Shown piece after piece: positions 23,816-36,933 of a DNA stretch of 64,000 nt. Under the pieces are notes generated by a model that did no database searches, was not told the origin of the DNA, and saw only the letters and a list, made by a program, of their open reading frames with translations. This DNA comes from Octopus vulgaris. Taxonomy: Eukaryota. The stretch spans positions 33,294,001 to 33,358,000 of the forward strand of contig OX597835.1 of the NCBI GenBank assembly GCA_951406725.2. Reading direction: 5' to 3'. The translations under genes were made by a program, and so were the position numbers. Numbering within the stretch: the stretch's first letter is position 1; every line of letters starts with the position of its first letter.

Positions 23816-24351
23816 AAAAATATTGTTATTGCTGTTATATTAGTAGTGCTGGATCTCAGTCGACATCATAAAGTCCTATAACTAAGCTGCATACGATACT
23901 TTTAATTATTCTGTCTTAGAATATATCCGGTGTCTATAAAATAACAATGATATCTGTCAGAGAGTAAATATTTACAGAGTATGATAGGTGTAAATAGAAA
24001 GACTTGATGGTTAAAAATAATTAATGCATATATATATATTTAATTTTAATGGCTTAATCAACGGAAGGAGGATGGTGCTCATAACAATTTCGAATCCTCT
24101 ATAACTGATGGCGAAAAGAGAGACATTTTTCGTCAGATCATGGAGTTATCCTAAAAACTCACCACAAAGTGGGCCAGAGACCTGCTACTCATTCGGTTTA
24201 AAGTGGCAGATGGATTGATTTGTCACTCATCAAAATAAATGATTTCTCCGCACGGCTTACATTCAGTTTCCTATTACTAAATTTCTCTGAGACATTGGTC
24301 AACCTTAGATTACGTAAATAAAACGAAACTGCACAAAGTATCTCACTATGA

Positions 24352-24825
24352 CTTACTAGTACTTGTACTTGTGACGGCGTTAATCCAGGGCGGATTGAGC
24401 TGGCTTCTTCTCTGGTCCTCACGACATCACGAACCATGGCAGCCCAGGCTCGACGGTCCTGCGCGAGGTCACTGGAGATATCGAGCCATTCGCGGTTCCA
24501 TCTGCGCAGACCGACCACCTGCGGACCTGATAGTTCGGAGAGGTCCTCCTTTATCGTCGTTGCCCAGGTCTTCATCTGCCAGTCCCTGCGTTTCCGCCAG
24601 TTGGGAAGTGGAAGTGGGAGGAGGACATCGCGAATCAGCTCACCCTCTGGACGCCGGGCCGCATGACCGAACCACCTTAAGCGCCGTTGTAGAAGCACCG
24701 AAGGGAGGGGCTGGAGATTCAGGCGACGATTCGGCAGCGAAGAATGAGGTGGAGATAGGTATTGACGAACAGCTCTAGCCTTCCCTGTTCGACTACCCTC
24801 ATAGGCCATGTTTCACAACCATGTT
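24352..24825 (-). mobile_element. RTE-clade LINE, 5'-truncated 3' end, inserted in a family B SINE
   Basis: GCETWPMR...LQRRLRWFGHAARRPEG...AQDRRAWAAMVRD; (CAAGTA)n-like tail; TSD tcactatga at 24343-24351 and 24826-24834. Confidence 0.85.
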
Positions 24826-24904
24826 TCACTATGAGATCGAACTGGAAACCACAGATTAGCAAATCAACCTTCCAACCACACAGCCATACTACATTAAATA
24901 TCAA

Positions 24905-25027
24905 AGTGGCCGCGTGGAGCTTAGTTGTTTCGCTCATAAACACACACATCGTCCGGTCTGAGATTCGAATCCGCGATCACTCAACTGCGAGTCCGCTGCT
25001 CTAACCACTAGGCCATGTGCCTCCACG
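24905..25027 (-). mobile_element. tRNA-Arg-like SINE head (family C)
   Basis: Minus strand ggaggcacatggcctagtggttagagcagcggactcgcagttg..gttcg-like head. Confidence 0.7.
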
Positions 25028-25955
25028 TGAAATGAAATAGTTTACTAAAAATATTCAACACACCACTCGCTCCGGGAATCGAAACCGTATTCTTGTGAGT
25101 ACAACACACTAAAGACGAGAACAAGAGTCTTCACAGATACACGCCAGTTATCAACATGAACGATTTCTCCCGCAGAACTTCCACGAAGTTTCTATCTACC
25201 AAATTTCTCTAAAGAGACATTGATAAACGTGAGATAACCTTAAATGAAAATACACAAAGCAACTCACAGTGAGATCGAACTCAAAACCACGGGTTAGCCA
25301 AACAAACTTCCAACCACACAGCCATGCTACATTAAATATCAAAATCCAGTTACAATTATTTTCTCAATTCCAATGTTTTAATATTTCTCTTACATACAAC
25401 TAATATTGGCGTTCTAACATTAAAAGTTTCTGGTGTTTGATGTAATTTCTTCAATTAATATATTTATTCAATATTACATAATAATTACCAAAGGGAAAAT
25501 AGAAAAATACGTTTTTTTAATAACGTCTATGTTTATCAAGGCAAATATAATATTAAGCAGCATTTTGTTTTATCTTTCGAATCATTGGTTTCAGAATTAC
25601 AAATAAAAAACATCTGGCTCTGTTAGTAAATTTCAAACGATCCATCCATTTGTAATTCTAATATTTCTCGTACTAAATACCCACCGCCACCACCACTGTA
25701 CAGTAAGAGATACACTAAATCATGTGACTCGCTCTGCTTATTCTTCACAAATGAAGAGAATATGTACTCGTGTTCAGTGAATGTAACGTCACATTTGTTT
25801 GTAGAGAGTGTGTATATTTATATGTCGTCTGTTGAGCTCAATCTAATGTCTCTCTACTTCTGTCATTATTTAAAACCTGATTTCAAATATTTGATAATAA
25901 GTTTCCTAATCCTTCCCCAACTTCTCATTCTCCTGTTGCAAATAATAAATGACGG

Positions 25956-26393
25956 GGATCTTTTCGGTTTGAACGGCAGTTTTTTTCTAGCGGTGTCATA
26001 TGAAATTGTCACCCATAATTATGATCCTATTATCGATCTTTTGCATTTCAATCTGTTTTAGGGTTAGGGTTAGTTAGGGTTAGGGTTATGGTTAGGTGTG
26101 GGGTGAAGGGTATCTTTTTTTCTTCACAAATGTAAATAAACCCAATCTGTTTCTTAAACGAGGGACATATTCATACGGCACATAATGTTTTTACCTCAAT
26201 AGACGCATTTGATTGGTTGAAATTGCAAAAATTGAAGAAAAAAACAACTAATATCTTACAAACTATAGAATTTTCTCAATAAAGCCAAGAGAAAAAGATG
26301 TTTTATAAACACATTCTACCAGTATACGAAGTTTAAAATTTTTTAGTTACGTGGAAATTATGTTAAAAACTGCCGTTCAAACCAAACAGATCC
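25956..26393 (+). mobile_element. TTAGGG-carrying MITE (Merlin-like), copy 2
   Basis: Same TIRs; TSD aatgacgg at 25948-25955 and 26394-26401; ttagggttagggttagttagggttaggg at ~26057-26095. Confidence 0.9.
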
Positions 26394-26767
26394 AATGACG
26401 GTTCCGCAGATTCTTGCTTAACAACATGCTCAGGTGATTTGCTAAAAGTGATCAAAAGTTTGCGTTGTCCATTAGCTCACTCCCTTCATTGAATCAACGC
26501 TATATGTACAGGTGAGCGGTGTACCACACGTCACCGTATTGAAGTCAACGTAGAACAACGAGAGACGTCAGGTCTGAGAATCGAAATAACGATCATGCGA
26601 TCGGGCGCGCAACACCCTGACCACCGAAATAAAATTAGAAAACCACAAATATTTGTTTTCATTGATAACGCTTTCTTACTCTTGTTATTGTTTAACCTTA
26701 TAAACCTCATGGAGTAGACATAGAACATTAATCTTACTTTCAGATGTACATATATATATATATATAT

Positions 26768-27200
26768 AAGCAACAAGGATAGCCAGAGGTAATGCAGTAC
26801 GATCGTTTCATGCAACTCCATTTAATTGAACAATGCAATCATTACATCAATTTAAAATGTAGAGCAATCTTCAGTTGCACAAAGACATAGAATTTAATTA
26901 AATTAGAACAGATGGACACATCAATATAATTATACCTACAATTTCCAAGGGGTTAAAGAGATAGATAAAGATGGTGTCTCTACTTCAGCATAGAAGTTAC
27001 TAAAATTATCAAGAAGACTCTGCCTGCCACTGAGTTTTTGTCTTTATGGGGTCAGTTTTAATTTATAGACTAGTTTATCGAATCCCTTGTATATCTAAGG
27101 CTGAGAGAACAGAGGGCAGTATATGTTATGGGTAGGGCTGAGTGGAGTAGACAGACATTCTAGTTGGTATTGCCATAAAGATTCATCGTAAGCTGCCAGA
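26768..27200 (-). mobile_element. PLE 3' fragment with hammerhead motif (26793-26879)
   Basis: Minus strand TGCAA-CTGAAGA-TTGC...GCAT-GAAA-CGATCG-TA-CTGCA; upstream RDTIFIYLFNPLEIVGI resembles a GIY-YIG C-terminus; ends in (TA)n. Confidence 0.6.
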
Positions 27201-27514
27201 TAAGTGTATTATTTTGAGAAAATAACACTATTATTTCTACCAGATCTAAAAACCGTATAGAAATTCCCTCGCCGATAACGTATTCTTGACACGAGGATTC
27301 TTCACTAAGAAAATCAAAATCTTATTTATAAAATGTTATACGATGCAGTTTTCGGTTTACAAAATTCTATTTATTGTGTTTTCATATGTTTATACATTTT
27401 AGTTGGATTAGCAGTAATCCACAGAATTTACTCGTTTGGAGCAATTTACTAGAATATATAAAACGGGCTGAAGTATGCACCGATAATCTGTAGGATTTAT
27501 GTTTAAATTATTTT

Positions 27515-28085
27515 TTATCGTTTACTTGTTTCAATAATTGGACTGCAGCCACGCTGGGAATGGATCCTCACACTTAACTTTTTGTTAAGGTTTTTATTTA
27601 TATCATCGGGGTCTTTTGCTGAAGTGCTAAGTTACGACGACGTAACTTGTCAAACCTTGGTGGGGGACAGACTCAAAGATACAAACACAGACGTGTATTC
27701 GTGTGTGTGTGGGTGCATGTGCCTGTGTATGTATATGTATATATGTACATGTGTGTGTGTGTGCGTGTGTGAGTGTCCTCGGCATTTCTTATTTCTTTAT
27801 TGCCCACAAGGGGCTAAACATAGAGGGGACAAACAAGAATAGACAAAGGGATTAAGTCGATTACATCGATCCCAGTGTGTAACTGGTACTGAATTTATCG
27901 ACCCCGAATGGATGAAAGGCAAAGTCGACCTCGGCTCAACATTTCTGCCTACCAAATTACCACACAAAGATTTGGTTGACCCGGGGATATAGCAGGTTAC
28001 ACTTGCCCAACATTCTACAAAGTGGGACTGAACCCGGACTCGTATGGCTGGGAAGCAAACGTCTTGCCAGACAGAACACTTGCGT
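27515..28085 (-). mobile_element. old family B SINE with a family A SINE fragment (27790-27935) nested in it
   Basis: Family B 3' and 5' halves flank a family A 3' portion. Confidence 0.7.
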
Positions 28086-28589
28086 CTTTATCATGTCTAT
28101 ATTTTCCGATAGATTTTGTCTGCTTAGCCGTGTTATACGTAATCAGCTGTATTATCTCTACACATTCAGTAGGATTATCAATAATCGGCTAGATTATATG
28201 TATATTATCAACTGTAATAAGTTGGTTCATGTGAATTATGTGTTTAAGTGCAAACGGATTAAATGTATTAATCTTGAGAATGTGTGATGAACTGGATTAT
28301 GTCTACATTTTTGGTGAGTTATATGTAATCTGATGGATTAGAGGTAATCAACTTGATTAGAAATGTCTTTGTGAGTAATACAATCGCTTTGTACCTATGT
28401 CGTTCTGTGTTGTCTCACTGCATAGAACCTTCGGTAACTTGCTTCTGTCGTAGCACCAAATTGAAAAATGCTTTGTGAGTGAATTTTGTAAACAGATGTC
28501 TGTAGTACATACATACATAATACATACATACATACATACATACATACAAACATACATACATACATAATATATACATAAACATGATAGAA

Positions 28590-29150
28590 CTGACACGATG
28601 ATTTAGGAGAGAAGCGGAATTATTTACAGTTGTGGAAATCAGCTGCTTAGCGGATGTTAAGATAAAGCTAAAGATCCGCGGAAAAGAAAATACCTATGCT
28701 CAACTAATGAGAAACCTACAGTTACTCAACCCATATTACAAGTTCAGGTTCATACCTGTAATTATTAGGGCACTGGGATATGCAATGCACTTTCTAAGGG
28801 CCAATCTTAGGAAATTAGGTTTCTTAAAACCAGAAAGGAGAAGGCTAATTCGAAGACTACAGATCTAATTCATAACTGGAACAGTAAAAATCTGTAAAAC
28901 TTGCCAGAAAGTTGTCATTTAACTATATATGCGCGTGACTGGACATACAACTATATGCATGAGAAAACATACGTAAAACAATATATTCAAACATGCACAT
29001 GTACTGACACAAAATACTGCACATATACACATATTAAAAAAACCATGTCGATGGTTTTGAAATTCTAATGAAGGAGCCTTGGGTCTAATTTAGAAATCTG
29101 CTCTTTCTTCATTGGTAAGAAATTTTGAAATAAAACTGAATAACGACATA
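28590..29150 (+). mobile_element. R4/Dong-like non-LTR retrotransposon 3' fragment in (CATA)n
   Basis: VEISCLADVKIKLKIRGKENTYAQLMRNLQLLNPYYKFRFIPVIIRALGY...GTVKICKT, matching the RLE pattern E..CP.D...K..KY..L...P...GALG; flanked by (CATA)n at 28506-28565 and 29150-29215. Confidence 0.75.
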
Positions 29151-29221
29151 TATACATACATACGTACATACATACATACATACATACATACATACATACA
29201 TACATACATACATACGTACAT

Positions 29222-29328
29222 TATGTATGTCATTTTTCAGTTTTATTTTAAGATTTCTTGTCAATAGAGAAAGCCGGTATCTAATCTAGATCCAAGGCTT
29301 CTTCATTGAAATTTCAACATCAACAACT
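29222..29328 (-). mobile_element. inverted 3'-UTR fragment of the same R4/Dong-like family
   Basis: Its reverse complement matches ~29045-29150; followed by (TATG)n. Confidence 0.75.
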
Positions 29329-29753
29329 ATGTATGCATATATGTATGTATGTATGTACGTACGTACGTACGTACGTACGTATGTATGTACGTATGTATGT
29401 ATGTATGTATGTATGTATGTATGTATGTATGTATGCATGTATGTGTGTCTGTGTTTCATTGTGTGTTTGTGTACCCCTCCCACCGCTTGACAATTTATCC
29501 GGCTTTTTTTTACGTCGTCGTTCCTTAACACTTTGATAAAAGAGATGGATAGAACATTTTAGCCCTGGTGTCTATTGATCCGATCAAAACTCTCAAGGCG
29601 GTGCCCCAGCTTGACTGCAACCTAATAACTTAAACATGTTAAAAACTAAAACATAAAGGGCAATGATATGAATCATTGCCTACATTTTCAATTCTATTGT
29701 ATATAATCAGCTGCATATTTATCGTAATTAGCTTTAACTGTCAACAAACAATA

Positions 29754-30762
29754 GGCTTATTGACTTGAAATAGAAATGAAAAGAGAATTGAACTGATTCT
29801 GCCTGCCCTAAGGATATCAAAGACTGAAAAGTAAATAATTCGATTCAAGGTGCACGAAAATAGGAATGGTTAATTCGATTCGCAGAAGGCTGTATCACTT
29901 TGCCATTCTCCTTACTGTACCATACTCACCTCTCATTAATTCATGAACTCATTTCTGAGTCGGAACTAAACTATATAAAATATATGGACAGGTGTAAAAC
30001 AGAATGAGACAATAGAAATAAGTTCGCGTGTACTTTAGAAATCGGTAATTGATACTGCTTCCGGAAATTTTCTGACGTAGAGTGATATGCGTTTTTCAAA
30101 ATATCTCTTATCTCTATTCTTTTAATTGTTTCAGCTATTTGGACTGCGGCCATACTGGGGCACTGCATTGAAAGGCTTTTACGTCCACTTCGACCCCAGT
30201 ATTTAGTTTTTGAAATCTAATAATTTTTTGATCAGTTCTATTTCGTCTAACTGCAAGGTTACAAGGACATAAACGTCCAACACTGGGTCTTAAGTGGTGG
30301 ATAAAGAGGAAAACACACACACACACAAACGGACACGGACACGGACACGGACACACATACTCACATATACGACGGGCTTCCAGATAATTTTCGTCTACCA
30401 AATTAACTCAGAAGGCATTGCTCGACTCAGAGCTATAGTAGCAAATACTTGCCTAAGGTACAGCACAGAAGAACAGAACCCGACATCACATGTTTCCAGA
30501 ATATTCTTTTTAGCCACACATCCATGCGCCTAGATTAATCTTATTGAAGCCAGTGAAAGTTTGTCTTAGGCGGGAATCAATGAGAGGTGAGTATGGTACA
30601 GTAAAGAGAGTGGTGAAGTGATATAGCTTTCTGTGAATCTAATTAACTATTCCCATTTTAGTGTACCTTGAATCGAATTATCTACTTTTAAGTCTTTAAT
30701 ATCATTAGGGAAGGCAGTATTGGTTCCATTCTCGTTTCATTCCTATTTCAAGTCAATAAACC
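29754..30762. mobile_element. non-autonomous element with ~190-bp imperfect TIRs and TA flanks; family B SINE (30115-30530) inserted centrally
   Basis: 29754-29943 is the diverged reverse complement of 30573-30762 (e.g. actgtaccatactcacctctcatt / aatgagaggtgagtatggtacagt). Confidence 0.75.
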
Positions 30763-30879
30763 TAATTAGAACATGAAGCTAAAAAAGATGTAGAGGCTTG
30801 TAAAAGAAATGAAGCTGCCATATTTGGAACAAATATATTAGAGAAAACGATAAACAAGCGACCCAAGTAGAGTTGTTAC

Positions 30880-31685
30880 CAGCTGGGAAAAGTGCTTTTA
30901 CAGTATTTCGTCCGTTTTTATGTTCTGAATTCAACTACTGCCGACGTCGACTTTGCCTTTCATTATTTCGGGGTTGATACAAAAAGGGTACCAGTTCAGC
31001 GCTGGCGACGATGTAATCGGCTTAACCCTCCGCAGTAGTTGCTGGCCTTATGCCAAACTTTGAAACCTATATAAACTAGTTGTACGTCGGTATAGGAAGA
31101 ATATGTACAGCCTAGGTTAAATATTATCGATGAAAACAGCGGGACCACCATAAGTATTGACGAGTGTTTCACAGTTAGAGTAAATCAGATTTAGAATTTC
31201 TTAATGTTTTATGTAATTATAATTATTATTCCACACAGAAGGGAATATGATTTTAAAAACCTGAACTAAAAATCAAATACTTTCTTTCAATATAGGCACA
31301 GGGGCTGAATTTTGGAGGGAGGGGACTAGTCAGGGGACTATCGATTTCCGTCCTCAACTGGAATTCATTTGATCGACTCTGCAATGCTGAAAAGCAAAGC
31401 CGGTCTCCATGGAATTTGAGATCAAAACTTTAAAACGGACGAAATGCCGCTAAACATTTCGTCCGGGTGGATAACGATTCATGAATCACCGATAATAATC
31501 CTTACAATAGGCAGAAAGCCTGAAATTTTGGGGGAGGGGGCAATTCAATCACATCAACCCCAGTGTTTCAGTGGTATTTAATTTATCGGCCCGAAAGAAT
31601 GAAAGTAAAATTTGACCACGGCGGAATTTGAACTCAGATCAAAGCGGTTAAAAATTTCGCCCAGCCTGCTAACGATTCAGCCAGT
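30880..31685. mobile_element. three degenerate family A SINE copies
   Basis: Nin-core matches at ~30880-31070 (+), 31290-31490 (-) and 31505-31685 (-). Confidence 0.65.
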
Positions 31686-31754
31686 TCTGCAACTATGACA
31701 AGCATACTTGTGTGGAGAAGAAGCTCGATGTGGTAACCACGTTGTGTTGAGTAG

Positions 31755-32058
31755 ATCACCGTGACCGACCAGGCTATCAGATGTTGCTACACATCGCTGG
31801 TCACAATGCGTTTCGCATTGTTTTAGCCTTTAAATGATGCCACCCCGCTGGCTAAGCGAGCAGGCCAACAGAAGAAAGAGTGAGAGAAAGTTGCGGCGAA
31901 AGAGTACAGCAGGGATCGCCACCACCCCCTGCCGGAGCCTCGTGGAGCTTTAGGTGTTTTAGCTCAATAAACACCCACAATGCTTAGTCTAGGAATCGAA
32001 ACCATGATCCTATGACCGCGAGTCCGCTGCCCTAACCACTGGGCCATTGCGCCTCCAC
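31755..32058 (-). mobile_element. tRNA-Arg-derived SINE (family C; octopus OR-like), tail type 1
   Basis: Head ggaggcgcaatggcccagtggttagggcagcggac-TCG-cggtcatagg..ggtttcgattcc; gttgagtagat duplicated on both sides. Confidence 0.8.
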
Positions 32059-32249
32059 GTTGAGTAGATAAGTTTCGTAAACTGAGTAAAAAACTTGTTC
32101 TCTTTCTCTCCGTCATCAACTAATAACACTGATACAGTACCATGCCTAACAAGAAAGATCAATCCACAGACCTAAAGATGGTGTCGCATCATGGCCGCAG
32201 TTGTTCACATCCTTTCGTCTCGGAGAGAATAGAGTTGCGCATAAAATCA

Positions 32250-32520
32250 GATTTGCGCAGGCCTGCGCTAGATGTATGAAAATCCAGGGTAGCCCAATCG
32301 TCAGGATTCCTCTCTTGACCTTGGTGACGTAGTCCAAAGGAGTGCAGAGCATTACGCTTGGCACCAGCTTCGTCGCAGGAGCTGCCGGAAGAGCGTCGAG
32401 TCGAACACTAAACCACCTACGGGGCTCCACTACGGATTTCTTTGAAGGTTGTCTCCTTTCCGTAACCCTGGATAGGGGCCCATACCGAGTACTGTCAGCC
32501 GGAGCCAGCTGAGCCCGGGA
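32250..32520 (+). mobile_element. probable RTE-clade LINE 5' UTR fragment
   Basis: gtccaaagg...ttggcaccagc..gcaggagctgccgga...ggggctccactacggattt motif order resembles RTE/BovB-type 5' UTRs (recalled, not aligned). Confidence 0.4.
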
Positions 32521-32611
32521 CTCGTGTCAGGCAGGGTTGTCACTCCCTGAAGTAGTGAAGAAAAATCACAGCCCACTAACTTTCCGCAGTACAGTGACTA
32601 AAATAAGTAAC

Positions 32612-32955
32612 AAGACGATAATGAACGATGAAAAAAATATTCACGATGCCAGAAAGTTAATGAGCAGCAAATTCAAAGATGAAAGACGATGATAAATGAT
32701 GACAAATATTCACGATGCTAGAAAGATACGAAGTAGATTTAAAGAAGATAGAAGAGGATAATAAATTATGAAAAAAATGTTCATGATAGAAGAAAGGCAT
32801 TGAGTAGTAAATTTAAAGAAGATGAAAGACGGTAATAAATGATTTTAAAATGTTCATGATATTTAGAAAGGTGCTGAGCAGTGAATTCAAATAAGATAAA
32901 AGACGGTAATAAATGATGACAAATGTTCATGATACTAGAAAGGTATTGAGCTGTA
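32612..32955. repeat. minisatellite, ~70-bp unit x ~4.5
   Basis: aaattcaaagaagatgaaagacg[a/g]taataaatgatgacaaat[a/g]ttcatgat..tagaaagg repeated. Confidence 0.85.
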
Positions 32956-33203
32956 ACAAACAGTCGTAATAGTTCGTTCTGCAATTTATTGTTCACTGGC
33001 GGATGTAGCGGCACACTGTGGTGTGTCTCGTCTGTTTGAGGGATGAAGCTCGCATCTACTCGTTCGTAACTTAATTTTTATAGATATGCTTCCTCTCTTG
33101 GGAAATGATTTGCGTGTTAAAACTTCAACAACGGGAGAAACTAACTCGAAATATCAGCAGTAGCATAGTGTGTGAAATAAACATATTCTTAACTCCATGA
33201 AAG

Positions 33204-33259
<56 letters not shown>

Positions 33260-33264
33260 GGTGG

Positions 33265-33775
33265 TGATGTCGCTGATGATGATGAAGGCAATCCTTCGTG
33301 TCCGAAGATCATAAAGATCTGTAAGGTCTTTTTAAGTGGTGATCTTTGGACGACAGGCTCCGACGCACTTGGAGCAAATATGTAAGCTTTAGTCATGGAT
33401 CATGTAGATGACTCTTTTTCTTTGACATTTCTCATCTGCTACTCTTATTCCGATTTTTTCAAGTTGCTTGCATCGATTTTGAAGCATCCTAGCCACACCA
33501 CCATCTGTGCTGCGGCTCCCTCTCACCCTGAGGGGATTATACCTGCCTGGGTGAGCTGGCATTTCAACTGATCTTTGAAACGCTTCCTGGGGGCTCCTCT
33601 GTCTCATTTGCCGTCGTTGAGTTCACCGAAGAAATTCTATTCTCGGCATTCTGGATTTATCAATGCGTGAGCCGTGCCCTGCCCCACATAGCAGTCTCAG
33701 CAGCAGCAGGACTTCAATGCTTGGGATGTTAGCCTGCTGGAGGACTTCGTTAATTGTGATGTATTCTTGTCATGA
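33265..33775 (-). mobile_element. RTE (BovB-like) LINE 3' fragment, degenerate
   Basis: ITINEVLQQANIPSIE...GKxDRGAPRKRFKDQLK...HICSKCVGACRPKI zinc-finger remnant; (CAT)n tail. Confidence 0.75.
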
Positions 33776-34959
33776 AATGTCTATAATGTATTTTGTTTTT
33801 GGATTTGGTTTGCAAGATTCTTTATATGAATTCGTGTGTTGAAGCATATTCTGTTGCAGATAAATGTATGTATGTGTATGTGTGGGTGCGAGTGTGTGTG
33901 TATGGACTTTTTTTTATATGTAAGCATATAGATATGAAAATAAACAGATCAACATACAGACGGATAGGTACATAGGTTACAAGAACAGACACATTTGGAG
34001 ACACGGATCAACACATATAAAGATGCACATCCATGCATACAAACATGGTACATAGTTGAATAACACACACACACACACAGACATGCACACACATGCGCAC
34101 AAACAAACAATAGGGAACGCAGTGTAAATAACGGACAGAGTCAAGACTATTGAAAAGGTTGCTAGACGCAACGAAAATTTTAGGAAAATGAAAATGAGGA
34201 ATAAGTGGAAATTTTACCGGTGAGTGTGTTACATTATAAGGCACAAAAGGAAAATGACTCTCCCCAGACACAACAGAATATAACGTAAACATATTTGAAT
34301 TTAAAAATTCCATCGCATGAACAAGTTTTAGCTAGAAGTAAGAAATAGAAATAAATACTTATATGTGCACGATTCGGCATGTATCAGAGGAATTATATGC
34401 ATGCCTCGACATACATCAATGGAATTATGAATAAATAATGACTTTGGCGATGGCAAATACAAATATGATAACACACGAATTCGTTCCACTTCTGGTAACA
34501 AAAATAAATTTGCTTCATCGGTAATGAAAAAGAAAAATATAAACATATATGTTAGTTGGATAACGACAAGAGAACGACAGATCGATTGAATATTTTTAAG
34601 GAAAAGAAGATTCGTAGTAAAAATATAAGCAACATAAAATAACGTATACATATATTTGAGGCTACACTATTTTCGGAGAAATTGTACATATATGTATATC
34701 TTCTGATTTGTCACTTTATAGAATAACACCACCTGTTAGCAAAATCACTAATTATTCTCGAAATCTGGACATCTTATATTTTCCCTCTATAATCTACAAC
34801 CAAATGATGATACACACACGTATGCATGAACATGCACATATACACAAAACTACAAAATATAATTAAAAAATACATTACTCGAACGAAAAATTAAATACCA
34901 ACTCGTACATATATGTCTGCATTTGTCTGAGTAAACATATATATATATATGGATTTATA

Positions 34960-35200
34960 GTTGGAATTTACAAAAACAAAAAGACGAAGACGGGTGTGTA
35001 AACAAACAGATGCAAACGGGAAGTGAAAAATTCTTTTACGTTTCGAGGCTACGCTCTTCAACAGAAAGGAATACAGAAATAAGTAAAGAGAATAAATATA
35101 AAAGGCTTAGTGGCTAGCGATCAATCATGACAAAAGCTGGTCAAAGGTGATTAGACAGGAGAGATAGGAAGAAGGGGAAATAAAAAAAAGTAATGGTGAT
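34960..35200 (-). mobile_element. PLE pLTR fragment with hammerhead-like motif (35033-35068)
   Basis: Minus strand CTTT-CTGTTGA-A-GAGCGTAGCCTC-GAAA-CG-TA-AAAG; ends at (TA)n. Confidence 0.55.
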
Positions 35201-35783
35201 CCCAAAACGAAGGTGTGCATGCGTGTGTATGATATACATATATATATATACATATATATACATATACACACACATACATACATACATACATACATACATA
35301 CATACATACATACATACATACATACACACGCACACATAAATGCACACACATATATACTTGGATACATATATACATATATATATACATATTCTTTTTTATC
35401 TTTTTTACTCTTTTACTTGTATCAGTCATATGGCTGTAGCCATGCTGGAGCACCGCCTGTAGTTTAGCAGATCTACCCCAGCACTTATTCTTTGTAAGCC
35501 TAGTACTTATTTTATCGGTCTCTTTTGCTGAACCGTTAAGTTACAGGGTACATAAACACACCAGCATCTGTTGGGGAGACAGACACACAAACACACACAC
35601 ACAATATATATATACATATAAACGGGTAACGGGTGGAAACTTCGAAGTTACAGCTATCAGATTGTGAAAGCATAATAAATATATACGTTAGAAAAGTATT
35701 GAGTAATTCTTCAACTGAATGTCAAATGATTTCTGTTCTAACTCGATATAGAAAAACAAACGCTGATATATATATATATATAT

Positions 35784-35832
<49 letters not shown>

Positions 35833-36271
35833 TAGACGGATGGATGGTAATTATAAGGATTAAGAAACAACCACAGCAGTGTTTTATTACACACACTCAC
35901 ACATACACATGCACATATAAAAAGCAGCAATAAAAAAACCTCTCTCTGACACACACACACACCGGTGCGCACACATGATCAGCTATTGAGAAATAATTGG
36001 TATAATATTGTGCTACCAAAATGGTTTTATAGACCATAACTCTATTTTCTCTAAACCAAACAACTAAATATCTGTCACACACAAAATATATGTTTAACAG
36101 ACTGAGACGGATTCCATTATATTTCTTCAAACTACAAAATGGAAAAACTGACAGAAATTATATTTTGTTCAATTCACTTCAGAAAATATTATTCAAAGTT
36201 GATTGAATTCAATTTTTAAATGTTGTTTTTATTTCTTGTTATTATTGTTTACCATTATTGCTCATAGATAG

Positions 36272-36900
36272 AGAGCTGGCAGACTCGGGAGCACGCCAAA
36301 CAAAATACTTGGCGGAATTTATTCTGTTTCAACGTTTGCAGTTCAAATTCCGCCGAGGTCACCTATGTCTTTTATCCTTTCGGGGTCGATAAATTACGTA
36401 CAAGTTCAGTATTGGAGTCGATGTAATCGGCTATTCCCTCCCCAAGACTTCAGGCCTTGTACCTATTAAAGAAAGGATTATTATTGTTTACCATATATTC
36501 TTTTCTATTCCAGGTACAAGGCTGGAAATTTTGGGGGCGGGGGCCAGTTGATTAGATCGACCCCAGTACGCAAATGGTACTTAATTCATCGACCACGAAA
36601 AGATGAAAGGCAAAGTCGACCTCGACGGAATTTGTACTCAGAACGAAAGGACAAACAAATACCCGCTAAGCATTTCGCCCGGCGTGCTAACGTTTCTGCC
36701 AGCTCACCGCTTTCATTGTTTACCATATATTGTACAATGGCAAAGAGCTGGCTGACTCAGTAGGACGCCAGGCAAAATGCTTAGAGCCATTTATTCCGTT
36801 TTAATGTCTTAAGTTCAAATTCTGCAGAGGTTGACTTTGAATTTTTTCCTTCTGTTTCGATGAAATAAATATCAGTTGCGTCGATGTAATTGATTAGTCC
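36272..36900. mobile_element. three family A SINE copies (+,-,+)
   Basis: Nin-core matches. Confidence 0.75.
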
Positions 36901-36933
36901 TATTCCTTCTAGTTATAATAGAAAAGGGGCAAC

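Noticed and set aside
26057-26100. TTAGGG repeats as a telomere or fusion site
   Set aside because: Only a few units, always at the same position inside a TIR/TSD-bounded MITE.
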